Positions 11,018 through 23,086 of a stretch of 64,000 nt of DNA are shown here, piece after piece. The notes under the pieces were generated by a model. The model was given only the letters and a program-made list of their open reading frames with translations, was not told the DNA's origin and ran no database searches. A program made the position numbers and the translations under genes. The stretch is from Malacoraja senta (Eukaryota): the NCBI GenBank assembly GCA_038087875.1, contig CM075988.1, positions 13,766,001-13,830,000 on the forward strand, given 5' to 3'. Each line of letters starts with the position of its first letter. Position 1 is the first letter of the stretch.

Positions 11018-11314
11018 AAGTAGACAAAAAATGCTGGAGAAACTCAGTGGGTGAGGCAGCATCTATGGAGAAAAGGAGTAGGCCACGTTTCGGGTCGAGA
11101 CCCTTCTTCAGACTGATGTTTGGGGGGGGGGAAAGAAAGGAAGAGGTGGAGACAGTAGGCTATGTGGGAGAGCTGGGAAGGGGGAGGGGAAGGAGGGAGA
11201 AAGCGAGGACTACTTGAAATTAAAGAAGTTGATGTTCATACCGCTGGTGTGTAAACTATCCAAGCGAAATATGAGGTGTTGTTCCTCCAATTTACGCTGG
11301 GCCTGTATAGACAT
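11018..11314 (-). mobile_element. Penelope-like element 3' fragment with 14-bp TSD
   Basis: Encodes the end of the GIY-YIG domain (RKLEEQHLIFRLDSLHTSGMNINF). Flanked by ATCAATATGGTCTG at 11004-11017 and 11315-11328. Confidence 0.8.
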
Positions 11315-11692
11315 ATCAATATGGTCTGGATATGTGGCCTGTAACGTATGCAGGGCCACCTCTAATTTCATGGGTTTATTTTAAATTCGTGCCTACATTT
11401 ACAAAAACTCGATTTGTATTGGACATTGTACTTACATTTGGTCATCTTTGGTGCAGTTTTAGCTGAATTGTGCAGGAAGCACTGAAGCAAATCTCACAGC
11501 TGGAATAGCACGATGCATAGTGAATGGTGTACTTTGCTTGGATTGTGAAGGGACTTTTCAAAGCATATCTTAACTTCCTGCGAGTCCAGTGGCAATAATT
11601 TACCAGGGAACGATGCTGAAATATCTATTGAGAAAATAAATATCACAAGTACTATCAAGGAATTCTATCTACCATTTGATTGATTAATTAAA

Positions 11693-11960
11693 AGATGCAG
11701 CATGGAAACAGGGCCCTCAACCGACCACAAATCATTCATTCACACGTTCTATGTTACCCCACTTTCCCATTCATTCCCTACACACTTGGAACAATTTATA
11801 GAATCCAATTAACCGACAAACCCTTTGGGATGTCGGAGGAAACCGGAGCACCCAGAGGAAATCTACGCGGTCACAGGAAGAAGGTGCAAACTCTAACCAA
11901 GTCCAGGATTGAAACCATGTCTCTGGTGATTTGAAGCAGCAGCTCTTCTATCCTTGCCAC
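11693..11960 (-). mobile_element. HE1-like SINE, diverged
   Basis: Reverse complement of the SINE at 9436 and 34581. Confidence 0.7.
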
Positions 11961-12679
11961 CCTTTTACATGCTTTTACACTGGAATTGTAATGGTTGGTA
12001 TTAAGTGATTATGGTAAGAAAGCTGGGTAGGTGGAATTAAAACTGCAGCAGGCAGAATCTACAAAGAAACATACAGTATGCTTGAGGAAAATCACCTACT
12101 CTTGGTGTGCGAGTAACCTCCAAAAGAAATGTTGCTTTTTCTTAACTTTTCCTTAACTAGAATTTTGTTCCTAGAGAGGAAATTTCATCTAATTTGTTCA
12201 ACACGGTTTGAGATTTCCTTGGGTCAATGACACACAGTAAGGAATGCTGATGATTATAGTACGCAGCTCTGGATGAAAATGCTCTAATAGTACTTCACGG
12301 AGATAAATGGAATAGGCTAAATAGTGCCTTAGGGCAAGGCAACACATAGTTTCGAAATAAAATTCAGTCCTTAATGTGCCGCTATAAACAAGTTGGCTGA
12401 ACTCAAACAGGAATCTAGGGAATTAACACCTTAAGACCCTTGATTGAAGTTTGCTTTAGAAATGCACTTTGATCTTGAGCTGCGTAAAGCAATGGCATTA
12501 TGTGGCAGAGAGACGGTTTTAATTGCAAGAGAAAGTGAATTAAATTGAATGAAAGACATTTGCTCAGTTTTGAAATAGTCCTTTGCCAAGATTTTTTGCT
12601 TATTCTTTATCTAATTGGCTTAAATGGGATAGAAGCTTGATCCAATTCACCAAATGGGCAACCATGGAATAAGCGAGTT

Positions 12680-13700
12680 CGGTATTCTGACTGCGCATGC
12701 CCAGGTCACAGGTCATTCGCGATAAACATTCTCGCCAGCTGAACTGCTGCGTGTATACAGACCTGCGTTTCATCCGTAGTCAGGATCGATCCCGGGTCTC
12801 CGGCGCTGGAAGCACTGTTGAATTGCTACTGGATTTAGATAATGTAAAACAAGGACGAACAGGTGATCTCACTACTGTCCCCATCCCCTCCCGAGTGTCC
12901 CATCCCTGGCCGGGGATGGCCGGAGATGTCCTGGGTGACGGAACACCGGCCTGGAGCAGCGGCGGCCCCAGGCTTATAGCCAGCGCTAACTTCAGCTCAA
13001 CTCTGCTCCAACTCCCGAGGAACCCGTTCCCCGACGGGCTGGGGACCGTCAGCTTCTACTCTCGCCTTATCCGGTGGATGTCGGTTAACCACCTCGGTGC
13101 CGGCAAAAGCCGAGCAACAGTCATCAACGGGGATACACACAAAATGCTGCAGTAACTCAGCGGGTCAGTCAACATTTCTGGAGAAGGGTCTCGACCCGAA
13201 ACGTCACCTATTCCTTTTCTCCAGAGATGCTGCCTGTCCCGCTGAATTACTCCAGCAATGTTGTGTCTACCTTCGGTGTAAACCAACATTTGCAGTTTCT
13301 TTCTACAGAGCAACGCCTATCCGCATGTAAAGGTGAGGTGGCGGGAGAGAGATGGGGAGAGAGGAACTCGCTATCGTGGCTTCACTGAAGGTCCTGGACA
13401 CCCCGTCTCTGCAAGAACTCCCCAGCTCTAGGGGACATTGCCAGTCTCTACAACCAACGTGCAAACCCCGCCACTCCCTGCGGAATGTTAAACTAAACAC
13501 ATCTGTGAGCAAAACACAAACACACACGTCTTTCACCCCCCCTTCTCTCTCCCCCTCCCCCTCGCACCGTCTCTCCCCCATCTCCCATTCGCATCTGCCC
13601 CCTCTCTCCCGCTGTTACATCCCGCTCTCCCGCTACCTGGCACACCTGTTTGATTTTTTTCCCTCAAATGACCTTTGGCAAATCCCATGATTCCTTGCAT
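12680..13700. promoter_or_regulatory. CpG-rich region with an NRF1-like site and a perfect DR1 nuclear-receptor element
   Basis: TGCGCATGC at 12692-12700, AGGTCA-C-AGGTCA at 12703-12715, GATAA at 12721. CpG density is visibly above that of the flanks. Confidence 0.35.
13130..13306. mobile_element. Penelope-like terminal fragment with inverted arms
   Basis: acacaaaatgctgcagtaactcagcggg ... cccgctgaattactccagcaatgttgtgt flanking ctggagaagggtctcgacccgaaacgtc. Confidence 0.65.
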
Positions 13701-13821
13701 TTTTCGGAATACCAAACTCGCTTATTGTGCAAGATAATTTAGGTTGTGGGTTGGGGGTCATTTCATGAAAAAGCAATAGGCATCATACTGAAGGGTATAC
13801 ACCTTACATTATTGCTTAACC

Positions 13822-14010
13822 AGTTTAGTTTAGTGATGCAGCATGGAAACGGGTCCAATGGCCCACCAGCAAACAACCAGTGCACTAATTCTATCCTACA
13901 CACGAGGGCCAATTTACAGGTCAATTAACCTGCAAGCCTGCACGTCTTTGGAATGTGGTAGGAAACTGGAGAACCCGGAGAAAACCCACGCAGTCACGGA
14001 GGGAACGTAC
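13822..14010 (-). mobile_element. HE1-like SINE, 5' truncated
   Basis: (TTTAG)n tail and V-domain in reverse complement. Confidence 0.75.
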
Positions 14011-14137
14011 ATACTTCTTCCATTGGGTCCTCTATCCTCTCTCTCCTCCCCTCCCCTCCCATCTGTTCATCATGCGTCCCTTATTTAGTTCCAATCTTTC
14101 TTTCATATCAGATTCCACGATCTGCTGTTTCTCCACT

Positions 14138-16205
14138 TAAGTAAGTAAGTAAGTTTATTGGCCCAGTATTCACATACAAGGAATTTGCCTTGGTACTCCA
14201 CCCACAAGTAACAACATGACATACAGTGACAGTTATGAATGACTCAGAAAACAGTAAACATTAATAATAATAAAACATTAATGATAAAACACCATTGATC
14301 AAACATGTGAACCAACAAAATACCAGATCAAAGGGAGGCTACAGATTTTTGGCTGTTGAGTAGAGCAACTACTCGTGGATAAAAACTGTTCTTATGTCTG
14401 ACTGTGGCAGCTTTGACAGTCCGGAGTCACCTTCCAGAGGGAAGTGATTCAAAGAGTTTGTGGCCAGGGAGAGAGGGGTCAGAGATGATCTTGCCCGCTC
14501 GCTTCCTGGCCCTTGCAGTGTACAGTTCATCAATGGAGGGAAGGTTGCTGCCAATAATCTTCTCTGCTGATCAGACGATTCGCTGCAGCCTCCAGATGTC
14601 ATGCTTGGTGGCTGAACCAAACCAGACCATGATGGAGAAGGGGAGAACAGACTCTACGATGGCCATGTATAATTGGACCATCATTGCCTGTGGCAGATTG
14701 TGCTTCCTCAGCTGCTGTAGGAAGTACATCCTCTGTTGTGCCTTTTTGACTGTGGAATCGATGGTAGCCCCCCACTTAGGGTCCTTGGAGATGATGGTTC
14801 CCAGGAACTTAAAAGACTCCACAGATGTGACTGTGGAGTTGTTGATGGTGAATGGGGTGAGGGGAGGGGGAGCTCTCCTAAAGTCTACAATCAATTCCAC
14901 TGTCTTAAGAGCATTGAGCTCTAGGTTGTTGTGACGTCACCAAGACGCCAGCTGTGTCACTTCCTGTCTGTAGGCAGATTCCTCCCCATCCTGGATCAGT
15001 CCAATCAGGGTTGTGTCGTCCGCAAACTTGAGAAGCTTGACAGAGGAGTCTGAGGAGGTACAGTCGTTGGTGTAGAGAGAGTAGAGGAGAGGAAAGAGTA
15101 CGCAGCCTTGCGGTGCTCCAATGCTGAGCATTTGTGCATCTGAGATGTGCTTTCCCAGCCTCACATGCTGCTTCGTGTCTGTCAGGAAGCTGGTGATCCA
15201 CCAACAGAGGGGTTCAGGCACAGTCAACTCGGAAAGTTTGGAGTGTAGTAGCTCTGGCACAATGGTGTTGAATGCAGAGCTAAAATCAACAAACAGGATC
15301 CTCGCACAGGTCGCCTGGCGGTCCAGGTACTGTAGGATGAAGTGCAGGCCCAGGTTGACTGCATCATCCACAGATCTATTGGCCCGATATGCAAACTGCA
15401 GAGCGTCCAGCAGGGAGTTTGTGATATTTTTCAGCTTGGCCAACACAAGTCTTTTGAGTGTCTCCATGACGACAGAGGTCAGTGCGACAGGCCTGTAGTC
15501 ATTAAGACAAGTAATCCTTGCCTTTTTGGGTACAGGGACAATAGTGGAGACTTTGAAGCAGGCAGGTACAGTACATGTTTGCAGGGACTGGTTAAAAATG
15601 TCTGTATAGACCGGTGCCAGCTGTTTGGCACAGAGCTTAAGAGTAGAAGGGGAAACATGGTCAGGTCCTGAAGATTTCTGGCTTTTTTGTCCTCTGAAAA
15701 GCCTCCCACCTCCTCTATTCTTATTGTTGATGATAGAGGTGATGTTGTGCAGCTCGGAGAGTGTGGGTGATTGGGTGTGAAGTGGTGATTGGAGGGGTGT
15801 GTGTGTAGAAGGGCCCAGTCTTTGCAGACTGAGGTCAGGCTGTGAGTGGGTGTGAAGTGTTGGTTGAGGTGGAAAATGGTCCAGTCTTTTCACACTGGAT
15901 TCTTGCCTTAAGTAGGTGTGAAGTGGTGAATGGGAAGGAGAGGATGCAGGGTTCATTCTTTGTAGACTGGGGTCTGGCTGTGTTGGTTGGGGAGGGGTAC
16001 CAGGTTTATGTTTCTGGATTTCAAACTTGCAGTAAAACTCATTAAGGTCGTTGGTCAGCTGATGATTCTCCAAAGAGTGGGGGGGGGGGGGTTTCCTCTT
16101 GTAGCTGGTAATTTCTTGCAAGACCTTCCAAACTGAAGAAGAGTCACTAGCTGAGAACTTGCTCCTCAACTTCTCAGAGTACCTTTCCGCTGCTACTATT
16201 TCCAC
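14138..16205 (-). mobile_element. Rex1/Babar-type LINE, 5' truncated, near-intact RT region
   Basis: LNDYRPVALTSVVM, LQFAYRANRSVDDA, LFVDFSSAFNTI, GAPQGCVL, KFADDTT, FKFLGTII; one stop and one frameshift near 14900-14940; (TAAG)n tail at 14138-14153. Confidence 0.92.
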
Positions 16206-16470
16206 CCTTCACTCCCACAACTGACTTTATGTGCCATTAAAACCCTCCTCACCTGGATCCATCTATTGCTTGCCACCTGTAAGCCACCTTGTTACCCCTG
16301 TAATTATTGAAAATCTTCGTTCTGCTGCCCAGAGGTCTAAGATTTGGGCCACTTTGGAATGTTTGGAATAAAAAGGCAGCAAATTACTAGTCAGAATATT
16401 CATCACAGCCTGTTGTAATAGTTCAGTCTAGAAACTGAGCACAAAGTGAACCAATTACTTGATCCATTGC

Positions 16471-16630
16471 TTAAGAAAGAACTGCAGATGCTGGAAAAAT
16501 CGAATGTAGAAAAAATGCTGGAGAAACTCAGCGGGTGAGGGAACATCTATGGAGCGAAGGAATAGGTGACGTTTTGGGTCAAGACCCTTCTTCAGACTGA
16601 GTTTCTACAGCATTTTTGTCTACCTTCAAT
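16471..16630 (-). mobile_element. Penelope-like terminal fragment with short inverted arm
   Basis: gaactgcagatgctgg...acccttcttcagactga followed by inverted gtttctacagcatttttgtctacc. Confidence 0.7.
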
Positions 16631-17275
16631 TACTTGGCCATGTCTCTGTCATTTTACATTACCTTTCATCTTCCTTTCACACTCTATCCTTGATGGTTTA
16701 TTAATTTTATAATGTTCTTCCAGGTTTTTATTTTTCTTGCTGCTTGTTTGTGTCATATCCTATTTTTAAAGTGTTTGCATTTTTTTTTCACTTCAGTGTG
16801 CTTGATCAGTGGGTAGAAATAATGTGTTGCAGTACCTGTCCAAAGTGAACTTATCTCTCTCTCTCTGTCCCTGTGTCTCTCTCTCTGTCTCTTTCTGTCT
16901 TTTACTCTGTCTCTTTCTGTCTCTGTATCTCTCTCTGTGTATCTTTCTTTGTCTTACTAAAAGTCTGATCTTGACCACTTGCTGTTGTTCTGTATATTGA
17001 TTTTTGAAAAAACGCTGCTACTTACGGCTCTGATTTTTGGCCATCTTACTCAGAGCCCCCCTCCGCTGCACAGGTCAAGAGGATTTTTCCCATCGATTAA
17101 ATATAAAAGAGTTATTAGTGTTTAAAAAATGTTGAGATTCTTTCTCCTGAAGGCCACGCCCCTTCTGGAGGGACTATAAAACCCGGAAGTGTTGAGTGCC
17201 TCAGTCAGTCTCTGCAAGATGGGAGAGCGAGAGGGTCACGTCTCTCAGTCTGAGCTGTGAATAACACTGAACACA

Positions 17276-17309
17276 GTCTGAAGAAGGGTTTCGGCCCGAA
17301 ACGTTGCCT
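17276..17309 (+). ncRNA. Minimal hammerhead-ribozyme-like motif
   Basis: CUGAAGA-A, stem II GGGU-UUCG-GCCC, GAAA-CG-UU. The cleavage triplet is GUU, stem III is the palindromic ACGU, and stem I is only ~2 bp. Confidence 0.55.
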
Positions 17310-17366
17310 ATTTCCTTCGCTCCATAGATGCTGCTGCACCCGCTGAGTTTCTCCAGCATTTTTGTG
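17276..17366 (+). mobile_element. 91-bp Penelope-like terminal insert with 14-bp TSD
   Basis: TAACACTGAACACA at 17262-17275 and 17367-17380. Confidence 0.8.
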
Positions 17367-17431
17367 TAACACTGAACACATGTTGACTAAAGTGTGAGTG
17401 GTTTTACTGCCCTTAATGTGGTTTGAAAATA

Positions 17432-18757
17432 TTGAATGAATGAATGGTTTATTTCGGTCATACATTAAAAAGAACAAAACTTTACAATCTGTGTGAATAT
17501 GAACCAACACTGTATCCATTTCACACAACATTCACAGAATCAATGACCAAAAAAGGAATAGGCTGAAGCCACAAAGCTTATTTTTGCCTATCCTATACAA
17601 TCCATAAGATAAGATAACCCAGAATATCAGCATTACAAAGGAAAGAAAAAAATAATAAAATTTACTCTAAATTGTAATCCTTACTTATTTTACATTTTAA
17701 TCATTTTACATTATAATCCTTAATTATTTTACTTTTTAAGGCTTTTTTGAAACTCGACAGAGAGCTACAAAATTTCAACTCATCACTAAGCCCGTTCCAT
17801 AATTTGACTCCCAAAACTGAGACACATCTATATTTTACATTGGTTCTCACTTTACATGTTTCAAAAATACACAACCCTCTTAAATTATAATGTCCTTCTC
17901 ATCATTTAATTTTTTTTTGAATACTAACAGGAAGGCTTTTATTCCTAACTCGGAAAAGTATTTCTAATGTCTTTACATGCACAATATCCAAAAATTTGAA
18001 GGTACCGGACTTTATGAATAATGGATTTGTAGTTTCACGGTAAGAAGCTTTATGTATTATTCTAATAGCTCTTTTCTGGAGTTTAATTATAGGGTCTATA
18101 TTTGTTTTATATACATTTCCCCAAACTTCAACACAATATGACATATATGGCATTATAAGCGAGCAATACAATATATACAAACACTTCTTATTCAACAGAT
18201 CCTTTGTTTTGTAAAGAATAGCAATGGATTTAGATAATTTCCGTTTGATGTATTCTATATGTGGCTTCCAACAAAGTTTATGATCTATAATCACTCCTAG
18301 GAATTTTGTTTATTATACTCTTTCAATTTCAACTCCATTTAAATTCAATTTTATTTCACAATTAACCCTGTCACCACCAAACACCATAAATTTTGTTTTA
18401 TTTTAATTTAGGGATAATTTATTAATATCAAACCATTTTTTTAGCACTATCAATTCTCTTTCTGCTATTTTCAATAGTTCTTTTATATCATTCCCTGAAC
18501 AAAATAAATTTGTATCATCCGCAAACATAACAAACTTCATCATATTGGATACTTTACAAATATCATTTAAATAAAGTATAAATAACTTAGGTCCCAGTAC
18601 CGAACCTTGTGGAACACCACAGGTTACTCTTCTAAGCTGTGATTCAGTATTATTAATTTTTACATACTGAAACCTGTTACTTAAATAACTTCCCAACCAA
18701 TTTTGTGTGACACCTCTTATACCATAACGTTCCAATTTCTGCAAAAGTAAGGAATGA
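17432..18757 (-). mobile_element. Crack/L2-group LINE, 5' truncated, inserted in the Helitron
   Basis: YGIRG..WLGSYLSNRFQYV, CGVPQGSVLGPKLFILYLND, MFADDTNL, KLQKRAIRII in one frame with a few stops; (CATT)n tail; very AT-rich. Confidence 0.85.
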
Positions 18758-18799
18758 GCTCGGGGGTCGCGTAACTATTTAGCATGTGGGAGTCTATAT

Positions 18800-19004
18800 A
18801 GTTTGGAAATGCTAAAGCTGTGTTGCCTTTGGTTTAGAAATGCTAAAGCTGTGTTGCCTTTCGTTTGGAAATGCTAAAGCTGTGTTGCCTAATTAAAGTT
18901 GCGTTGCCTAATTAAAGTTGCGTTGCCCAATTAAAGTTGTCTTGCCCAATTAAAGTTGCCTTGCCCAATTAAAGTTGCCTTGCCCAATTAAAGTTCCCTT
19001 GCCT
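18800..19004. repeat. Minisatellites: ~31-bp unit x3, then ~19-bp unit x6
   Basis: gtttggaaatgctaaagctgtgttgcc and aattaaagttgccttgccc tandem arrays. Confidence 0.9.
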
Positions 19005-20249
19005 TCTATATAATTAAAAGTCTAATCTTGGCCACTTCTTGTTTGCGCTTTATATTGATTTTAGAAAAAACGCCCCCACGTACGGCTGTGACTTTTGGCC
19101 ATCTTACTCAGTCCCCCTCTGCTCATCAGGTGCCGAGGATTTTTCCCATCGATGAAAAATAAAAGAGTTATTAGTGTTTTAAAAATGTTGAGATTCTCTC
19201 TCCTGTCAATCACGCCATGAAGGCCACGCCCCTTCTGGTGGGAGGGGAGGGACTATAAAACCCAGAAGTGTGGGCGTGGCTCAGTCTCTGCAAGATGGAG
19301 GAGGGAGAGGTCACGACTCACTGTCCTTAGTGGCCTTGCACCCTGCTTGAAGTGGTATGAAACTGCACTTGAATTGGGTGGCCTTGCACCCTGTTTGAAG
19401 TGGTAAGAAACTGCACTTGAATTTGGTGGCCTTGCACTCTGCTTGAAATGGAATTTCAAGGACTGGCCGTGAGTGAACTGCCAGCCCACCAGCCATGAGT
19501 GAGTGAGCTGCCAGCACAACAGGCTTGAGTGACTAAACCGCCAACCCAAGAATCCATTCGGCCCACAATGTCCATACTATCCCTCTAGAAACCAGTCCCT
19601 TCAGCCCACAACACCCATACTAGGACTCCAGAAAGTCGCCCCCCCCCCCACTTGCCACCAATATTGGAATTGGTGGAGAGGTGGGATATTGCGCTGGGGG
19701 ACCAGCCCTCCTGTGTGATGCTGGGACCCAACAGGTCCCACTTAGTCTAGTATATATATATATTTCTCTCTGTATGCCTCTGTCTGTGCGTATAGGTATG
19801 TGGCTGCATCAGTCTATGGCTCAAAGTCAATGTGTGTGTTCTACTATTTCTACCTGGGACCTTGATTTCCTCTCACTATTATCTCCCCTTTCTGATAATT
19901 TTATGATCTCTTCTGAATGTCTTTTCTACATCTCTTAAAGAGACTGATCTTTTACATAATGCAATGTGCTGTGCTTTTATTATCCTGACAGCTGCCAGAA
20001 AAATGTGTAAAGCAGAAAAATAGGCTTTATTGGTTGTGCATGAGGCTTCTGGACGGTTGGTTCATTCATGCAACTTCCACTCTCATGGAGTTGTGTATCC
20101 TGGAAACAAACAGGAGAGAAACTAGCCCCTTGTATCCACACTGACCAATGTACTTATCAGCATTTGTTCCATTTAACTCATCACAATGATGTTTATTCTC
20201 TTATTATGGAAGGGTAATTTATGCCAGTGATAATGCTACAAAGTTCATC

Positions 20250-20585
20250 AGTTCATAAACAATTCAGCCCATCAAGTTTACACCACCATTAAATCATGGT
20301 TGATCTATCTCTCCCTCCTAACCACATTCTCCCACTTTCTCCCCTTAACCGCTGACACCCATACTAATCAAGAATCTATCAACCCCAGCTTTAAAAAAAT
20401 ATCAACTGACTTAGCCTCCACAGCCTTCTGTGGCACAGATTCACCACCCTCTGACTAAAGAAATTCCTCCTCATTTCCTTCCTAAAGGAACGTCCTTTAA
20501 TTCTGAGGCTATGACCTCTGGTCTAAGGCTCTCCCACTAATGGAAACATCCTCTCCACATCCACTCTATCCAGGCCTTTCACCAG
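20250..20585 (-). mobile_element. CR1 LINE 3' fragment
   Basis: Reverse complement of the CR1 end at 24100-24440. Confidence 0.8.
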
Positions 20586-20663
20586 GATTGCCCTGTTTCA
20601 TCATCTCTTAATTGACTTGCTCTAAAGGTTTGGTAAAATGTATTTGACTTTGAATTATAAGTT

Positions 20664-21495
20664 AAGACAAGACTAGACAAGAGAGTTTATTGTCATGTGT
20701 CCAGGATAGGACAATTAAATTCTTGCATTGCTGCAGCACAACAGGATATTGTAGTCATAATTACAGATCAGATCAGTGTGTCCATATACCATAGAATATA
20801 TATACTGTATATATATACACACATCAGTAAACAGATAAAGTGCAATAGGTTGTTATAGTTCATAGTTTGTTTGAAGTTGTTTTTAATAGTCTGGTGGCTG
20901 TGGGGAAGAAGATGTTTCTGAATCTGGATGTTACAGATTTCAGGCTCCTGTACCTTCTACCCGATGGCAGCAGAGAGATGAGTGTGTGGCCAGGATGGTG
21001 TGGGTCCTTGATGATACTGGCAGCCCTTTTAAGGCAGCGACTGCGATAGATCCCCTCGATGGTAGGGAGGTCAGAACCGATGATGGACTGGGCAGTGGTT
21101 ACGACTTTTTGCAGCCTTTTCTACTCCTGGACCCTCAGGTTGCCGTACCAAGCCACGATGCAACCAGTCAGCCTGGTCTCTACTATGCACCCGTAGAAGT
21201 TCGAGAGAGTCCTCCTTAACATACCGACTCTCCGTAATCTTCTCAGGAAGTAGAGGTGCTGATGTGCTTTCTTTATGATTGCATCATTGTTCTTGGACCA
21301 GGAGAGATCTTCGGGAATATGCACGCCCAAGAATTTGAAGTTCTTGACCCTTTGCCCCACGATCCGTGGATATAAACGGGACTGTGGGACCCCATCATAC
21401 CCCTTCCGAACTCCACAATCAGTTCCTTGGTTTTGTTGGTGTTGAGAGCCAGGTTATTGTGCTGGCACCATTTGGTCAATTGGTCGATCTCACTA
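20664..21495 (-). mobile_element. Rex1-type LINE 3' fragment
   Basis: WCQHNNLALNTNKTKELIVEF; FKFLGVHI; KKAHQHLYFLRRLRR. Confidence 0.85.
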
Positions 21496-21824
21496 AGTGC
21501 AAATAGAACATAGAAAAATACACCACAGGTCATCCAACTTTGTCAGTTGGAATGAAAAGTCTGACCCAAAATGCTGACTCTGTTTCTCTTCCTTTTAGTG
21601 CTTCTTCACCTGCAGAACCTTTTCAACATATTCTGCTTTTATAATCTTGAAAGCAATTCCTTTGCAACATTTCAACGATTCTTCACAAATTAGAGTAATT
21701 TTGTAATATGCAATATTCTTAGAAAGAGGTGAAGAAGTGATGTCCATGACTTAAAGGGGATGGAATTAAAATGTTTCAGGTAAAATTAGTTGTGCACATC
21801 TTAAGCCTTAAACATAGAATACAA

Positions 21825-22420
21825 AATGAACACCTTCGCTCAGTCCGCCTTGGGCTACGCGATCTCCCGATTGTAAAAAAAAATACTTTAACTCCCCTTT
21901 CCATTCCCAACTGACCTTTCTGTCCTGGGGCTCTTCCACTGTCAAAGTAAGGCCACACGCAAATTGGAGGAACAGCACCTCATATTTTGATTGGGCAGCT
22001 TATAACCCAGCGGTATGAATATTGATCTCTCTATTTTCAAGTAACCCTTGCACTCTCGCTCTCTCCGTCCCTCCCCCACCCTAGTCATCCTACTAGTTTC
22101 ACTGCTGTCGTGCTTAGTTTCACTGCTTGTATCCACTCATTATCACCTTTTCCATAGCCAACAATGGACCATTGTGGGCACCTTTTCTTGATCATCGTTG
22201 CTGGCTTTGATTTGTTCTTTTCATACCTTTCATTCATTTGTTCTTTGTACCTTTTCATACTTCCAGTTTCCCTATTCCCTGACTCTCAGTCAAAAGAAGG
22301 GTTCGAGCCGAAATGCCACCTATTCCTTTTCTCCAGAGATGCTGCCTGACCCGGTGAGTTACTCCAGCATTTTGTGACTATATTCAGTGTAAACCAGCAT
22401 CTGCAGTTCCTTCCTATACA
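21825..22420 (+). mobile_element. Penelope-like element: GIY-YIG C-terminus and 3' terminus
   Basis: EHLRSVRLGLRDLP...DLSVLGLFHCQSKATRKLEEQHLIF*LGSL*PSGMNIDLS, then a pyrimidine-rich UTR and terminal cagcatctgcagttccttc. Confidence 0.8.
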
Positions 22421-23086
22421 AACAAAATAGCAATTTGTTTAATTTTACATTTCTGACTGTACTTCATTGGAATTAATATTGGGTTGTAGCAAATATGTCT
22501 TAGTATATAGATGGGGATTGTCTCTTTTTGTCTGAAGTCTGCTGTCTTTTTACCTCACAATAGCACCATCACTAATCTGCTGACCACTAATTGAGCCTCT
22601 GGAGGAAACTTATGCAAGATTGCTCAAAAAAGCAACCGTTTGCATTAGTTCAAAGCAATACAGGTTTCAATTAGCTTGTTAATATTAACATCCCTTGGTG
22701 CACTACATTTTCCAGCTTTCTTAATGCAACAAGATTTTCCAAAGCTGAGTGATTCCTTTGAGGTACACTTACAAGCTTAGAAAAGGACACGGAGTGCTGG
22801 TCTGATATGTTTTTAATCAGCAGAATTGTCAGTATCTCTTGAACTTTCCTTTAGTTTTTATTAAGCCCATTAGTTACCAGTGCATATCAATGCCATCTTT
22901 TAAAATAATGACTGATTGCCTCGTGTAGGTCATGTTTCAAATCTAAACTATGACTACTGCTTTGTAGCTGTGGGGTAGTGTCAAATATGCCACATCGCCT
23001 GTGTAGGTAACCAGCGAGCTCAACAGAATTGAATAGAATGGGGCAGCAGAGTTGGCAGTGGACATCCATTCTCAGAGCAAACAGAA

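Larger units (their letters stand above)
16942..19750 (+). mobile_element. Non-autonomous Helitron, composite (5' heads at 16942 and 19005, one 3' end)
   Basis: A|TC start, head actaaaagtctgatcttgaccactt, 3' hairpin gggacc-caaca-ggtccc then cacttagtCTAG|T (19747-19751), no TSD. Homologous to the copies at 48656 and 52677. Confidence 0.8.
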
